Origin: Candidatus Puniceispirillum sp.
Lineage (GTDB): Bacteria > Pseudomonadota > Alphaproteobacteria > Caedimonadales > UBA1908
Assembly: GCA_013822015.1 (NCBI GenBank)
Contig: PNJU01000006.1
Coordinates: 7,231 to 71,230 of the forward strand
DNA length: 64,000 nucleotides
Direction: 5' to 3'
In this document: positions 21,711 to 32,161 of the stretch, piece by piece
Layout: each line of letters begins with the position of its first letter
Position numbering within the stretch: the first letter of the stretch is position 1
Translations under genes and position numbers: made by a program
The notes under the pieces: model-generated
Databases searched by the model: none
What the model was told of the DNA's origin: nothing
Seen by the model: only the letters and a program-made list of their open reading frames with translations

Positions 21711-22919
21711 ATGGAGCGCATTGTCCTTTGGAGTTGCATTTGGGCCGTTGTTGCATATATGCGCTGCTTTTACGCGGCGCGTGAAAGGGCTGCCGCTTTG
21801 CCAGATGGCGCGTTTTTGCCCACAGCGCCACGTTTTTACGCGCTCATGGGGGGCCTTCTTGTGGGGGCAAGCGCTCTTTTGGGTGGCACAGCCTTTGCGT
21901 TCCTTGATAGGCAGCTTCTCATTGCTGATGTGCCCCTCGATACCCTCGGCTTTGCCATAACCGGCTACGGCCTCACACACATTTTAATGCGGCTTCAGGT
22001 GCACGCCCGGCGCTTTCTTGAGGGTGTGGGTGCGTGTGTTTTCGCACTGGCTGCGCTCATGGCGGTTCTTATCACCGGCGCGATTGTTTTTCTCTTGGTG
22101 AAGGAGGCGGCGCGCTTTTTTGCCTTTGTTCCCCTGGGGGACTTTATGACAGGCACCGTGTGGTCGCCGGAAATCTCCCTCTCAACGGCACAAGGTGCGC
22201 GCGGGTCTTATGGCGCCCTTCCCCTTTTTACGGGAAGTCTTCTCATTACCCTTATCGCCCTTGTTGTGGGAGGGCCCTTGGGTCTGATGGTTGCCATTTT
22301 TACCTCCCAATACGCAAGTGACCAAACCCGCCTGTGGCTTAAGCCTATGGTTGAGATTTTGGCGGGTATTCCCACCATTGTGTACGGATTTTTTGCCCTC
22401 GCCGTGGTCAGTCCCGCCCTTTATAACCTGGGTGAATTTTTAGGTGTGCCTATTTCTGGCGAAAGCGCCTTGGGGGCAGGTCTTGTGATGGGGCTCATGA
22501 TCCTGCCCGTTGTGTCCTCCCTGGGGGACGACGCTTTGCGCGCGGTGCCTAAGAGCTTTTTTGAGAACTCCCTCGCCCTGGGCGCCACACGTTCGGAAAC
22601 CATTTGCAAGGTGCTTCTGCCTGCGGCCATGCCGGGACTCATTTCCGCTTTTCTTTTAGCCATCTCACGCGCCATTGGCGAGACAATGTTGGCGCTCATG
22701 GCCGTGGGACTCCAGGCCAACCTGACCGCAAATCCCCTCAACTATGTCACAACGGTGACCGTCCAGATTGTGACGATCCTGACCGGTGACCAGGAATTTG
22801 ACAGCGCCAAAACTTTATCGGCCTTTGCCCTGGCGCTGCTTCTTTTCCTTGTGACATTGGTTTTGAATATCGTAGCGCTATCCGTTGCGGCCTGGCACTA
22901 TAAGAGGTACGACCGATGA
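21711..22919 (+). CDS. pstC: Phosphate ABC transporter permease PstC
   Basis: KPMVEILAGIPTIVYGFF, ALGATRSETI, SRAIGETM. Confidence 0.95.
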   Translation: MERIVLWSCIWAVVAYMRCFYAARERAAALPDGAFLPTAPRFYALMGGLLVGASALLGGTAFAFLDRQLLIADVPLDTLGFAITGYGLTHILMRLQVHARRFLEGVGACVFALAALMAVLITGAIVFLLVKEAARFFAFVPLGDFMTGTVWSPEISLSTAQGARGSYGALPLFTGSLLITLIALVVGGPLGLMVAIFTSQYASDQTRLWLKPMVEILAGIPTIVYGFFALAVVSPALYNLGEFLGVPISGESALGAGLVMGLMILPVVSSLGDDALRAVPKSFFENSLALGATRSETICKVLLPAAMPGLISAFLLAISRAIGETMLALMAVGLQANLTANPLNYVTTVTVQIVTILTGDQEFDSAKTLSAFALALLLFLVTLVLNIVALSVAAWHYKRYDR

Positions 22920-24130
22920 ACCAACACAACCGGGTCCTTTTAAAGCGTCACAGGGCGGATAAGCGCTTTGAACTCTTGGGGTATCTAGCCAGCGGTGTTG
23001 CGCTTTTGTTTGTGCTTGTCGTCGTGGGGGGGCTTCTTTCTTGGGCGTCGCGCGGCTTTAAGCGGCAAGAGTGCTTATGTGTTGTGACCTTCGACCAAAA
23101 AGCGATCTCACAAGGCATTGTAGACGGTGTTCTCACCCGCAATTTTGATGTAGAAGACCTCGTGAAGGATGATTTTGGGCCAGACAAGAAAGCCTCACAC
23201 CTCCTACATCATATTTTGGCCCCCAGTGCCCACAAGATGCTTTTTGATACGCTGGCACAAGATCCCCATCTTTTAAACACGACACAGGAGATGTGGCTGC
23301 CCGTGGAAGCCTTTGCCACCCGTGCCCATCAGAAACCCTCCCTCTCACAGCCTTTGGCCCAAGCCATGAAATCCCTTGCTAAGCAAAAACGCCTGCGCAG
23401 TGTCTTCCGTTGGGATTTCTTCACCCATGGGGATTCCCGTGATCCTGTGTTTGCGGGCGTGTGGTCGGGGCTAGTGGGCACATTCTATCTTTTTCTTGTG
23501 ACCCTGGCCATTTCGTTCCCCTTGGGGGTTGGTGCCGCCTTTTACCTTGAGGAGCTATCAAAGCCAAATCTTGTATCGCGCTTTATTGAGGTGAATATTG
23601 CGAACCTTGCGGCGGTGCCGTCCGTTGTGTTTGGTATTTTGGGGCTATCCCTCTTTTTAAACACGGCCCACATGCCGCGCTCTTCGACCCTTGTGGGAGG
23701 CTTGACCCTGTCTTTGATGACCCTGCCAACGCTGATCATTGTGACGCGCTCTGCCATTCGCGCTGTGCCCAAAAACATTCGAGAGAGCGCGCGGGGGCTT
23801 GGCGCCTCGTCCATGCAAATTATCTGCCATCATCTCTTTCCACTGGCCCTGCCTGGCATTGTCACGGGGACCCTCATTGCCATGGCGCGCGCCATTGGCG
23901 AAACAGCGCCCCTTCTTATGGTTGGCATGATGGCCTTTGTGGCGGAGCCGGCTGGATCACTCACAGACCCCTCAACGGCCTTGCCCGTGCAGATTTACGC
24001 GTGGGCGCGCAACCCTGAGACAAGCTTTCTTGCGGACGCATCAGCCGCGCTTATTGTGCTTCTGGCCTTTGTGGGCATCATGAATATCATAGCCATTTAC
24101 TTGCGAGGAAAATATGAACATAAGTGGTGA
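22916..24130 (+). CDS. pstA: Phosphate ABC transporter permease PstA
   Basis: [35 protein letters not shown]. Confidence 0.95.
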   Translation: MNQHNRVLLKRHRADKRFELLGYLASGVALLFVLVVVGGLLSWASRGFKRQECLCVVTFDQKAISQGIVDGVLTRNFDVEDLVKDDFGPDKKASHLLHHILAPSAHKMLFDTLAQDPHLLNTTQEMWLPVEAFATRAHQKPSLSQPLAQAMKSLAKQKRLRSVFRWDFFTHGDSRDPVFAGVWSGLVGTFYLFLVTLAISFPLGVGAAFYLEELSKPNLVSRFIEVNIANLAAVPSVVFGILGLSLFLNTAHMPRSSTLVGGLTLSLMTLPTLIIVTRSAIRAVPKNIRESARGLGASSMQIICHHLFPLALPGIVTGTLIAMARAIGETAPLLMVGMMAFVAEPAGSLTDPSTALPVQIYAWARNPETSFLADASAALIVLLAFVGIMNIIAIYLRGKYEHKW

Positions 24131-24914
24131 GTCTTCGCGTCAACACAGCGCGCATTTACCCGACAGCTTTACCGTTGAGGATCTCCATCTTTATTATGGA
24201 GAAAAGCAGGTACTTTTTGGCATCAACCTGACCATACCCGACCGTCAGGTCACGGCGCTCATTGGTCCCTCAGGGTGCGGCAAAAGCTCTTTCCTGAGGT
24301 GCCTCAACCGCATGAATGACACCATTCCCGATATGTCCCGTAAGGGACGCGTGCTTTTGCGGGGTGAAGACATTTACGACAAGGACGTGGACGTGGTGAG
24401 TTTGCGGGCGCAAGTGGGTATGGTTTTTCAAAAGCCCACACCCTTTCCTAAATCGATTTACGAAAATGTGGCTTATGGCCCCCGCATCCATAATCTGTTC
24501 AAAGACAAAACTCACCTTGATGAAATTGTGCATAAAAGCTTGTCCCGGGCTGGCCTGTTGGATGAGGTCAAGGACCGCCTTGATCAGCCGGGCACAAGTC
24601 TTTCGGGTGGCCAGCAGCAGCGCCTTTGTATTGCGCGCGCCATTGCCGTGAATCCAAAGGTGATTTTGATGGATGAGCCGTGCTCGGCCCTTGATCCCAT
24701 TGCAACGGCGCGCGTGGAGGAACTCATTGATGAGCTGAGCGCGCGGTATACAATTGTCATTGTGACACACAGCCTGCACCAGGCGGCACGTGTGTCAGAA
24801 AAGACTGCCTTTTTCCATATGGGGCACTTGATTGAGGCGGGGCCCACACCTGAGGTGTTTACGGCGCCCCAGCACGAAAAAACGCAAGAGTACATTACAG
24901 GTCGATTTGGATAA
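24114..24914 (+). CDS. pstB: Phosphate ABC transporter ATPase PstB
   Basis: [41 protein letters not shown]. Confidence 0.97.
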   Translation: MNISGESSRQHSAHLPDSFTVEDLHLYYGEKQVLFGINLTIPDRQVTALIGPSGCGKSSFLRCLNRMNDTIPDMSRKGRVLLRGEDIYDKDVDVVSLRAQVGMVFQKPTPFPKSIYENVAYGPRIHNLFKDKTHLDEIVHKSLSRAGLLDEVKDRLDQPGTSLSGGQQQRLCIARAIAVNPKVILMDEPCSALDPIATARVEELIDELSARYTIVIVTHSLHQAARVSEKTAFFHMGHLIEAGPTPEVFTAPQHEKTQEYITGRFG

Positions 24915-24925
24915 GGAGAGAGCCC

Positions 24926-25603
24926 ATGGCTGGTGGACACATTGTTAAATCCTATGATGAGGATTTAAAAAAACTGAATCAAACCCTTGAACATATGGGG
25001 GAGATGGCCGTGCAGCAGCTGGAAAACGCTGTTCTGGCGCTGACGGAGCGCAATGAAATGCTGGCGGCTCAAGTCATTGCCAAAGACCAAGAGGTGGACG
25101 CCCTTGAACACAAGGTTGACACCTTTGCCATTCAAATGATTGCCCTTCGCCAGCCCGTGGCCCGGGACTTACGCCATGTGGTGGCCGCACTTAAGATCGC
25201 AAGCCACTTGGAGCGCATTGCGGACTATGCCAGGAACGTGTCAAGGCGCGCGCTCGAGCTCAATACCATGCCCCAATCCCAGGGAGAGAAAGCACTGCCG
25301 CGCCTGGCGAAGGTGACCATTGCCATGATCCAAGACGCCATTGTGGCTTATATCAACTCCGATGTTGAGCTGGCCCTGAAGGTTTGGGAAAAGGACCAAG
25401 AGGTGGACGAGATGTACACGAGTTATCTGCGTGAGCTTCTCACCTATATGATGGAAGACACGCGCCAGATTGGTCCTTGTACCCAGCTTCTGTTTGCGGC
25501 GAAGAACATTGAGCGCGCGGGCGACCACGCGGCCAACATTGCAGAAATTGTACATTACTTTGTGGAAGGTGTGCCCTTTAAGGATCCTCGGCTACCTTAT
25601 TAG
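24926..25603 (+). CDS. phoU: Phosphate signalling protein PhoU
   Basis: Two PhoU repeats; LRQPVARDLR, HLERIADY, NIERAGDHAANIAE. Confidence 0.97.
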   Translation: MAGGHIVKSYDEDLKKLNQTLEHMGEMAVQQLENAVLALTERNEMLAAQVIAKDQEVDALEHKVDTFAIQMIALRQPVARDLRHVVAALKIASHLERIADYARNVSRRALELNTMPQSQGEKALPRLAKVTIAMIQDAIVAYINSDVELALKVWEKDQEVDEMYTSYLRELLTYMMEDTRQIGPCTQLLFAAKNIERAGDHAANIAEIVHYFVEGVPFKDPRLPY

Positions 25604-25610
25604 AGCCTCC

Positions 25611-27350
25611 TCAGGCCTTTGACGTTGTCTTCTGAGAGCGTACGGGCGCAGCGGATTCAGGGCTTGGCGCGCTTTGGCGGTATGCCCTGCGAAAGGTGTC
25701 GATGACCTGATCAATTTCATCACTTGGCGTGCCCACAGCCTGAAGGGCGTGGGAGGCAAGCTGCAGACTCGGCTCTAAGTTCTCGGGCATGATGACCTTT
25801 GCGCCAGCCTGGTGGAGGGCCATCTCATACTGATTATCACGCATACGTACGCACACATCCATGTGGGGGAACTGGCGACACAGCATGAGGGTTGCCTCTA
25901 CCGCGCAGCGCGGTTTATCCATGCACACAACGGCTGCGCGCGCACGGTCCGCACCAAGGGTGCGCATCATATGAACGCGTCTGGCATCTCCATAAAACAC
26001 GGGAAGTCCCTTGGCGCGTCCCTCGCTGACCCTGGCCATGTCGTTGTCAATGGCGACATAGGGAACCATTTTTTCCGTTAAGAGGCGTGCAATGAGTTTG
26101 CCCACGCGCCCAAAACCACACACAATGACGTGATTTTTGAGATCAATAATCTCTTGCTTAGCCGAGTGAAGGCTTGCGTCCGCCTCCTGCTCTTGCCAGC
26201 GGTGGGTGATAAAGCTGCCAAGGCTTGCCAGAAAAGGTGTCAGTGCCATGGAAAGACCCACAACGGCGTAAATCAGCTGCCCCATCTCGTGGGTAATGAG
26301 GCCGTCTTTAAGCACAGGGCGCAGAAGCACAAACACGAACTCGCCGCCCGTTGACAGAAGAAGTGTTGCACGTAGCGCCACAGCTTTGGGTAAGTTAAAG
26401 AGAAGACACATGGGGTAGAATGCCACGACCTTGATCACAAGAAGCAGTGCTAAGCTGCCCAGCACTAAGGGTATGGCGCCGATGACAAAATTCAAATCTA
26501 TGGTCATGCCCACGGATATGAAAAATAGCCCTAAGAGCAGCCCGTAAAAGGGTTGAATGTCGGCCTCAACCTGGTGTCGGTATTCTGTTTCCGACAGAAG
26601 AAGTCCGGCCAAAAACGCACCCAGCTCCATGGAAAGACCAAAGGCGGCTGTAATGGCGGCGGTGGTGAGGACCACAAGAAGGGTGACCGCTACAAAAAGC
26701 TCAGGACTGGCCAGCTGCGCAATGCCCCGGTAGAGAGGGCGAAAGATGAGGCGTCCCAAAAGCGTGATCATTAAGAGGGAGACAAAGGCTTTGACACCCG
26801 CAAGGGCAAGCTCATACCCCAAACTGTGGGAATCCTCAGGCCCCAGGGCGGAGACGAGGGAGATGAGAATCACCACGGCCAGATCTTGGAACAAAAGGAC
26901 CGCGAAGGACACACGCCCATAACGCAGGGCAAACTCGCCGCGTTCTGTCAGCACCTGCATGCTGACGGCCGTCGAGGAAAGGGCAAGGGCCGCACCAATC
27001 AAAAGGGCAATCTCAAGGTCTTTAAAGATGCTGAAAACAGCAAGCCCTATGAGCCCCGTTGTCAGGGCAATCTGGGCAAAACCAAGGCCAAACACATAGC
27101 GCCGCAGAACCTGGAGACGCTGAAGAGGCATCTTAAGGCCAAGGGTAAACAAAAGAAACACAACGCCGAATTCGCCCAACATACCGGCGTTGTCGACATT
27201 GGAAAGAAGGTTAAGGGCATGGGGGCCGATGAGAAGACCGGCTGTAAGATATCCCAAAATAGAGCTGATGTGAAAAAAACGAAAGATCGACACAACGAAC
27301 ACAGCCGCCAGCAAGAGTGTGAGCACATCCGCTAGAAATGAACCGTGCAA
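25611..27350 (-). CDS. CPA2-family cation/H+ antiporter with TrkA-N domain (KefC/KefB-like)
   Basis: GEFGVVFLLFTLGL, ALSSTAV, FQDLAV, GAFLAGLLL, C-terminal GFGRVG...YGDA; GGAGG RBS before TTG. Confidence 0.92.
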   Translation of the reverse strand: MHGSFLADVLTLLLAAVFVVSIFRFFHISSILGYLTAGLLIGPHALNLLSNVDNAGMLGEFGVVFLLFTLGLKMPLQRLQVLRRYVFGLGFAQIALTTGLIGLAVFSIFKDLEIALLIGAALALSSTAVSMQVLTERGEFALRYGRVSFAVLLFQDLAVVILISLVSALGPEDSHSLGYELALAGVKAFVSLLMITLLGRLIFRPLYRGIAQLASPELFVAVTLLVVLTTAAITAAFGLSMELGAFLAGLLLSETEYRHQVEADIQPFYGLLLGLFFISVGMTIDLNFVIGAIPLVLGSLALLLVIKVVAFYPMCLLFNLPKAVALRATLLLSTGGEFVFVLLRPVLKDGLITHEMGQLIYAVVGLSMALTPFLASLGSFITHRWQEQEADASLHSAKQEIIDLKNHVIVCGFGRVGKLIARLLTEKMVPYVAIDNDMARVSEGRAKGLPVFYGDARRVHMMRTLGADRARAAVVCMDKPRCAVEATLMLCRQFPHMDVCVRMRDNQYEMALHQAGAKVIMPENLEPSLQLASHALQAVGTPSDEIDQVIDTFRRAYRQSAPSPESAAPVRSQKTTSKA

Positions 27351-27490
27351 CGTTTTTCCTCCATCTGTTGTTATCGCGTCTCCTTATTTTTAAGGGTCCT
27401 CTTACTTTATGCAATGTGTGACTTTTTCGCAAGGAGTGAATTGCATTTCTTGCGAACGCTGCCTCTTTAGAAGAGAAGAGAGGCTATTGT

Positions 27491-28033
27491 TTACTGCTTT
27501 AGCAGAGAGTTTTTGTATGACCTTATGGCAAAGTAAACGGGTTTATTACCCCGGTCCGCGGTGTGCGTGCGGTACAAACAGATGATCCCAGGATGGTCGG
27601 TATTGATACCAGACATATTCATGCGCTCAAGGTGCAGATCGTGTAAGAGGTGCCCTTCGAAGCGTTCAGGTGAGGCGCTGTCAAGGCTCAGCGCTGCAGG
27701 ATCAAACAAACGGTATATGACGCGCAACTCTTTGACTTGGCCTGTAACCTCACTTTTCACAAGGGTGCTATTTGCGTGCCAAAAAGAAAGCTGCTGGGTG
27801 ATGAAGCGCACCTCCTTTTGTGTTGCCTGGGCGAGGTTTTGTCTATGGAGATAGGCTGCCTGCCCGCGCAGGCTTGTCAGTATGTGAGGCGTTAAGGTCT
27901 GTGGACACACAGCCTTCTTAAACATTTGAAGAAGCACCTTGCCCTGGTCTTCCCCTTGCCTGGCACTCATTGCCTGAGCTTGTGAGGGGGACATGAGGCA
28001 CAAACTCAGACAAACACACCCAAGACGCATCAT
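27491..28033 (-). CDS. Exported hypothetical protein
   Basis: Signal peptide MMRLGCVCLSLCLMSPSQAQA; 59 bp downstream of the ABC ATPase gene, same strand. Confidence 0.65.
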   Translation of the reverse strand: MMRLGCVCLSLCLMSPSQAQAMSARQGEDQGKVLLQMFKKAVCPQTLTPHILTSLRGQAAYLHRQNLAQATQKEVRFITQQLSFWHANSTLVKSEVTGQVKELRVIYRLFDPAALSLDSASPERFEGHLLHDLHLERMNMSGINTDHPGIICLYRTHTADRGNKPVYFAIRSYKNSLLKQ

Positions 28034-28092
28034 TTTCCCTTACAGACGCAAGACCTTATGTAATTTTAGTATAGCCAGACAAATGCCCTAAT

Positions 28093-28758
28093 TTAAAGGC
28101 TCTCCCCGTAATAAGGCTTTAGAACCTGGATGGCATCAGGTGTGGCGCGCGGGTCCATGTCGAGGGCAATTTTTCCTTGGGCAAGGACCACGATGCGCGT
28201 GGCGATTTGGGTGAGAAAATCCAGATCGTGGGAGGCAATGATGAGGGAAATGCCTTCGCTGTGCACGTGCCGCAACAGATCCACAACGTCTCCAATGGTG
28301 GCGACATCTAATCCTGAGGTGGGCTCGTCACACAAAAGAAAATCCGGCTTCATCATCAGGCACCGCGCAAGGGCCACCCGCTGCTTTTGTCCACCCGAAA
28401 GCTGAGAGGGCAGGGCGTCTTCTTTCCCGGCAAGGCCAAGCTTTGCTAAAAGGGCTTTGGCGGCGGCGCTGTGATCCCTCTCCTTGTCTTGGCAGGAGGG
28501 CGCAAACACAAGGTTTTCAAGTACACTCATATGGGGGAAGAGCTGAAAATCCTGAAACATAAAGCCTCGGGTGTAAGGCGCCGTCAAAGTGCCCGATGAG
28601 AGGGGCTCGAGCCCCTGAAGGCACCGCAAAAGCGTTGATTTTCCGCCTCCTGAGGGACCCGCAAGGCCAATGATGTGCCCAGGCTCAATGGTCAGATCGA
28701 TGGATTTGAGCACATCGTCGGCGCCGTAATTCTTGGTTGCATTTTTTAGGATCATCAT
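28093..28758 (-). CDS. Polar amino-acid ABC transporter ATPase (GlnQ/ArtP-like)
   Basis: GPSGGGKST, FQDFQLFPH, LSGGQKQRVALAR, DEPTSGLD. Confidence 0.93.
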   Translation of the reverse strand: MMILKNATKNYGADDVLKSIDLTIEPGHIIGLAGPSGGGKSTLLRCLQGLEPLSSGTLTAPYTRGFMFQDFQLFPHMSVLENLVFAPSCQDKERDHSAAAKALLAKLGLAGKEDALPSQLSGGQKQRVALARCLMMKPDFLLCDEPTSGLDVATIGDVVDLLRHVHSEGISLIIASHDLDFLTQIATRIVVLAQGKIALDMDPRATPDAIQVLKPYYGESL

Positions 28759-29408
28759 TTTTTGAAACTTCTTTCAATTTTTTCGCTGGCATACTCGATG
28801 CTGAGGATCAAGACGTAGTAATAGAGACCCGCCACACACAGGGGCGCAAAGTACGTAAATTGCTCCGCCGCTACCAACTGCGCCCGGCGCATCACATCCA
28901 TGCCGCCAATGGTGGCCACAAGGGCCGTTTCTTTGAGGAGCGTAATGAGCTCGCTGACCATGGCGGGAAAGCAGGCGCGCAAGACTTGGGGGGCAATGAT
29001 GTGCCGCCACATGTGGGCGGCCGGAATGCCAAGGGTTCTGGCTGCCTCAAACTGTCCTTGAGGTACGCTCATGAGTCCCGCGCGCAAAATCTCGCTGGTG
29101 TAGGCAGCGCTATTGAGTCCCAAGGTGAGGGCACCCGCAAAGGCCGCGTCAATGGGAATACCAATGAGGCTTGGGAGTGCAAAATACACAAAGCTCAGTT
29201 GCAAAATCACAGGCGTGCCGCGAATGATGGACACAAAGGCACGGATGGGGTAAACGCCGTGGCCGCTGTAACGTGCCCAGCACAAAAGGCTCCCCAGCAC
29301 CAGTCCCGTGGTGAGCCCCGCGCCCAGTAACGCGAGGGTCAGCCCCATGCCCTTGGCAATATAAAAGAGCCAGGGCCCTTTTGCGATGAGTGCGTTTAGC
29401 CAATCCAT
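28755..29408 (-). CDS. Polar amino-acid ABC transporter permease (GlnP/ArtQ-like)
   Basis: IIRGTPVILQL, LNSAAYTSEILRAG, GQFEAA. Confidence 0.94.
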   Translation of the reverse strand: MDWLNALIAKGPWLFYIAKGMGLTLALLGAGLTTGLVLGSLLCWARYSGHGVYPIRAFVSIIRGTPVILQLSFVYFALPSLIGIPIDAAFAGALTLGLNSAAYTSEILRAGLMSVPQGQFEAARTLGIPAAHMWRHIIAPQVLRACFPAMVSELITLLKETALVATIGGMDVMRRAQLVAAEQFTYFAPLCVAGLYYYVLILSIEYASEKIERSFKK

Positions 29409-30121
29409 TTTGCAACAAGCTCCTTGAGGACGCCCTTTTCTTTCAGCCGCGCCATCGCTTGGGTCAGCTCTTTTGTGAGTTTCGAGCCCTTCTTGGTTGC
29501 AATGGCGTACCCCGAACCTGTCTCGCCCACAAGGGCGTGGGTCAGCTCAGGATTGACCTTTTGAAAGGCGCTTGCCTGGGCTGTGTCCACAAGGGCTGCG
29601 TCACACTGGCGTGCCTTCACAGCCTCAACGGCTTGGTTCGTGGTGTCAAAGGCCAAAAGCGTTGCCGACGGCACATGTTTGGCGAGCCACATTTGGGTGG
29701 TCGCGCCCATCTGACACGCAACCCGCTTGCCCTCCAGGTCCTTGGCGTTTGCGATCTGCGCGCTTTGGAGACTGAGGGTACTGATGGTCTCGTCATAGTA
29801 AGGGGGCGTGAAGTCAAAGGCGGCGGCCCGCTCCGGCGTTGCCGTAATGGTGGAAATGGCGGCGTCTACTTTGCCGGCGGAGAGGCTTGCCAGAATCGCC
29901 CCAAAGCTCATATTTTCAAAACGCACCTCTTTGCCAAGCTCCTTGGCAAGTTCTTTGGCAATCTCAATATCCAGGCCCGTAAGCACACCATTTTCCACAT
30001 ACTCAAAGGGAGGGTAGTCCGCGCATGTGCCAAAGGTCAGCGTTTCTTTTTTGTCCTCGTCCTGGCAACCTGCCAACACAAGGCTTGAAGCCAGAAGGGC
30101 TTTTATCCACTTTTTATGCAT
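29396..30121 (-). CDS. Polar amino-acid binding lipoprotein (ArtJ-like, probably arginine)
   Basis: Lipobox LVLAG|C; ADYPPFE, GLDIEIA, FDFTPPYY; arginine specificity inferred from adjacent argR and ARG boxes. Confidence 0.9.
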   Translation of the reverse strand: MHKKWIKALLASSLVLAGCQDEDKKETLTFGTCADYPPFEYVENGVLTGLDIEIAKELAKELGKEVRFENMSFGAILASLSAGKVDAAISTITATPERAAAFDFTPPYYDETISTLSLQSAQIANAKDLEGKRVACQMGATTQMWLAKHVPSATLLAFDTTNQAVEAVKARQCDAALVDTAQASAFQKVNPELTHALVGETGSGYAIATKKGSKLTKELTQAMARLKEKGVLKELVAKWIG

Positions 30122-30151
30122 ATATTCACCTATTTTGAATTTGTATTCATA
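30113..30151. promoter_or_regulatory. Tandem ARG boxes overlapping the artJ-like start codon
   Basis: TGAAT-TTGT-ATTCA at 30136-30149 (consensus) and degenerate TATGC-ATAT-ATTCA at 30115-30128, 21-bp period (18+3). Confidence 0.8.
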
Positions 30152-30197
30152 TTCTCTTTCTTACATAGTGTCTGACACCTTGCTTTGTCAAGGTAAA

Positions 30198-30235
30198 AGT
30201 GAATATATTTGCGCATTGTTGAATATGTATTCAGA
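30198..30235. promoter_or_regulatory. Tandem ARG boxes upstream of argR (autoregulation)
   Basis: TGAAT-ATGT-ATTCA at 30220-30233 (consensus) and TGAAT-ATAT-TTGCG at 30200-30213, 20-bp period. Confidence 0.8.
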
Positions 30236-30243
30236 GTGTTCAA

Positions 30244-30687
30244 ATGGCAAGAGATGAAGATTTCCCAAAGGTCCTGCGCGAGATTATCGGCAAAGAAGAG
30301 GTGCGAGAGCAGTCTCAGCTCCAACATCTTTTAGAGGCGCGCGGGTACGCGCTTCCCCAAGCGACCCTGTCCCGACGCTTAAAAAAGCTTGGCATTGTGA
30401 AGATTGCGGGCGTGTATCAATCCTTGGAGGTGCCGCGCGCGTCGGTGCCCCACATCCTATCCATTCAGGAGTCGGCGTTTGGATTTTTTGTGCTCCATAC
30501 CATGCCCGGCAGCGCCAACGCCTTAGCGTATGCCATTGATCAGCAGTATGTTGAGGTAGCGGGAGGAAGTGCCGCCATTTTAGGCACCATCGCCGGCGAT
30601 GATACGGTGCTTGTCTTGATCAAAGGCCCCGGGGATGTGGAGCATGCCCGCGCGCTTTTGGAGGCGATGAAGGTGTCAGGCTCGTAA
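30244..30687 (+). CDS. argR: Arginine repressor ArgR
   Basis: wHTH QSQLQHLLEARGYALPQATLSRRLKKLGIVK; C-domain HTMPGSANALAYAID and ILGTIAGDDTVLV. Confidence 0.95.
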   Translation: MARDEDFPKVLREIIGKEEVREQSQLQHLLEARGYALPQATLSRRLKKLGIVKIAGVYQSLEVPRASVPHILSIQESAFGFFVLHTMPGSANALAYAIDQQYVEVAGGSAAILGTIAGDDTVLVLIKGPGDVEHARALLEAMKVSGS

Positions 30688-30752
30688 GATGTTGCCCTGG
30701 CGTGAGATGTCGCCTAGGATGACAATCTGGAAAATTCCAAAGGAGACGATTT

Positions 30753-31415
30753 ATGTTGGTGCGAGCATGCGTGAAGGTTCTTTCTTTTTTGGCTGTGGTG
30801 CCCTCGGTTATGGCGTCAAACACCTATATTTGTACCATGAACCGCCTCGAGGTCCGCTCTCAAGGGGGGGGGTCAAAACAACCCACCTATCATTCAAAGG
30901 CGGATGTTTTGGTTGTAAACCTAAGGGATAGAGCGGTGAACGTCGCACCAGTGTTTGAGTCAAAGGACGCGTGGACAAAGGCGCACGCTCGGTACAATGA
31001 GATTGCACAGGCTGTCAAGGCCCAGATAGCTTCCCAGTGGTGTGACAGCAGCAGTGAAATCGCAGCCCAGCATCTCTTTGCGACACAAGATGACATTTGG
31101 GCCGGCAGGCCCGCCCCTGAATCTGTGACCTTTCAGGCAAATATCTTTCATGCTGAAACAGACGTAACCCTTCACGCGCAAAATCTTTCTCTGAAAAGCA
31201 CGTTTTGCACCTCACATGCGGGTGATATTACGCTTCGCGCGCCCGATGAATCGTCCGGTTGGCTGCGCGCCATCACCTTTAAGTCTTCTGCCTCCGGCCA
31301 GCGGCCCTTTGATATGATGTTTCAAGGAACTGTCTCATTTACGCCACCAAGCATCGAAAACCTGGTTGTGGTGGGGGCAAGCAAGGTCACCTTTGAGGTG
31401 GATCCCCATGATTAA
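30753..31415 (+). CDS. Exported hypothetical protein, tandem paralog 1 of 5
   Basis: AAAGGAG RBS; signal ...PSVMA|SN; conserved C-domain GWLRAITF..RPFDMMFQGTVSF..GASKVTF. Confidence 0.85.
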   Translation: MLVRACVKVLSFLAVVPSVMASNTYICTMNRLEVRSQGGGSKQPTYHSKADVLVVNLRDRAVNVAPVFESKDAWTKAHARYNEIAQAVKAQIASQWCDSSSEIAAQHLFATQDDIWAGRPAPESVTFQANIFHAETDVTLHAQNLSLKSTFCTSHAGDITLRAPDESSGWLRAITFKSSASGQRPFDMMFQGTVSFTPPSIENLVVVGASKVTFEVDPHD

Positions 31416-31498
31416 GCTTTGCTGCGTGAGGGGTCCGCGCGAGGGTGGATTTCAAAAAAACCGCTTTATTACAAGTGGTTAGGAAGAGTGAGGTTTAC

Positions 31499-32161
31499 AT
31501 GTTTGCGCGTATACGGATTTTTATGCTTGCTTGCCTGGTGGCAATGCCGCCCCTTTTGGCATCGGATGAAAAACTTATTTTCACGCTCAATGACCACGAG
31601 GTGCGCGCAAAAATCAATCGTAATGGCGTGCTGGGCGTTGGGGTGGATGAGAACCATGTTGTTTTGGACCTTAAAGACTGTGCAGGGATACTTGGTGGTT
31701 ATTCTCCGGAAACCAAAGAAAGACGCTGGGATGAAGCGCACGCATTATACACAGATATTTCAACGTGTTCCCCCGCGCATAACAATACCCGTTGGAGTCG
31801 TAACAGCCATAAGCTCATGTGGCAAAATCTTGTTGCAACGGGCGGCCCTATAAAACTAGGTGATGCGGAGCATTTTGACGCGCACAACGATATCCTTTGT
31901 GCCCGGGGGGATATTACATTAAGCGCACAAACCCTTTGCCTGAAAAACACATTTTGTACCTCGGACACCGGCCAGATTACGCTCAATGCGCCTGAAGGCT
32001 GCAGCGGTTGGTTGCGTAGCCTCACCTTTGAGCGCGCACCAGGTGTGAGACCCTTTGACATGATGTTTGATGGAACAGTTTGCTTTAATCCGCCCACCAT
32101 CGAAACATTGCTTGCTCTAGGCGCAAATAAGGTCACCTTTAAGGTTCAGCGTCTTAACTGA
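31499..32161 (+). CDS. Exported hypothetical protein, tandem paralog 2 of 5
   Basis: GAGGT RBS before ATG 31499; signal ...PPLLA|SDE; GWLRSLTF..RPFDMMFDG..GANKVTF. Confidence 0.85.
   Translation: MFARIRIFMLACLVAMPPLLASDEKLIFTLNDHEVRAKINRNGVLGVGVDENHVVLDLKDCAGILGGYSPETKERRWDEAHALYTDISTCSPAHNNTRWSRNSHKLMWQNLVATGGPIKLGDAEHFDAHNDILCARGDITLSAQTLCLKNTFCTSDTGQITLNAPEGCSGWLRSLTFERAPGVRPFDMMFDGTVCFNPPTIETLLALGANKVTFKVQRLN

Noticed and set aside
27426-27456. Hairpin TTCGCAAG-N15-CTTGCGAA between the orphan and the kefC-like gene
   Set aside because: No U-tract on the relevant strand and no second copy; function cannot be supported.
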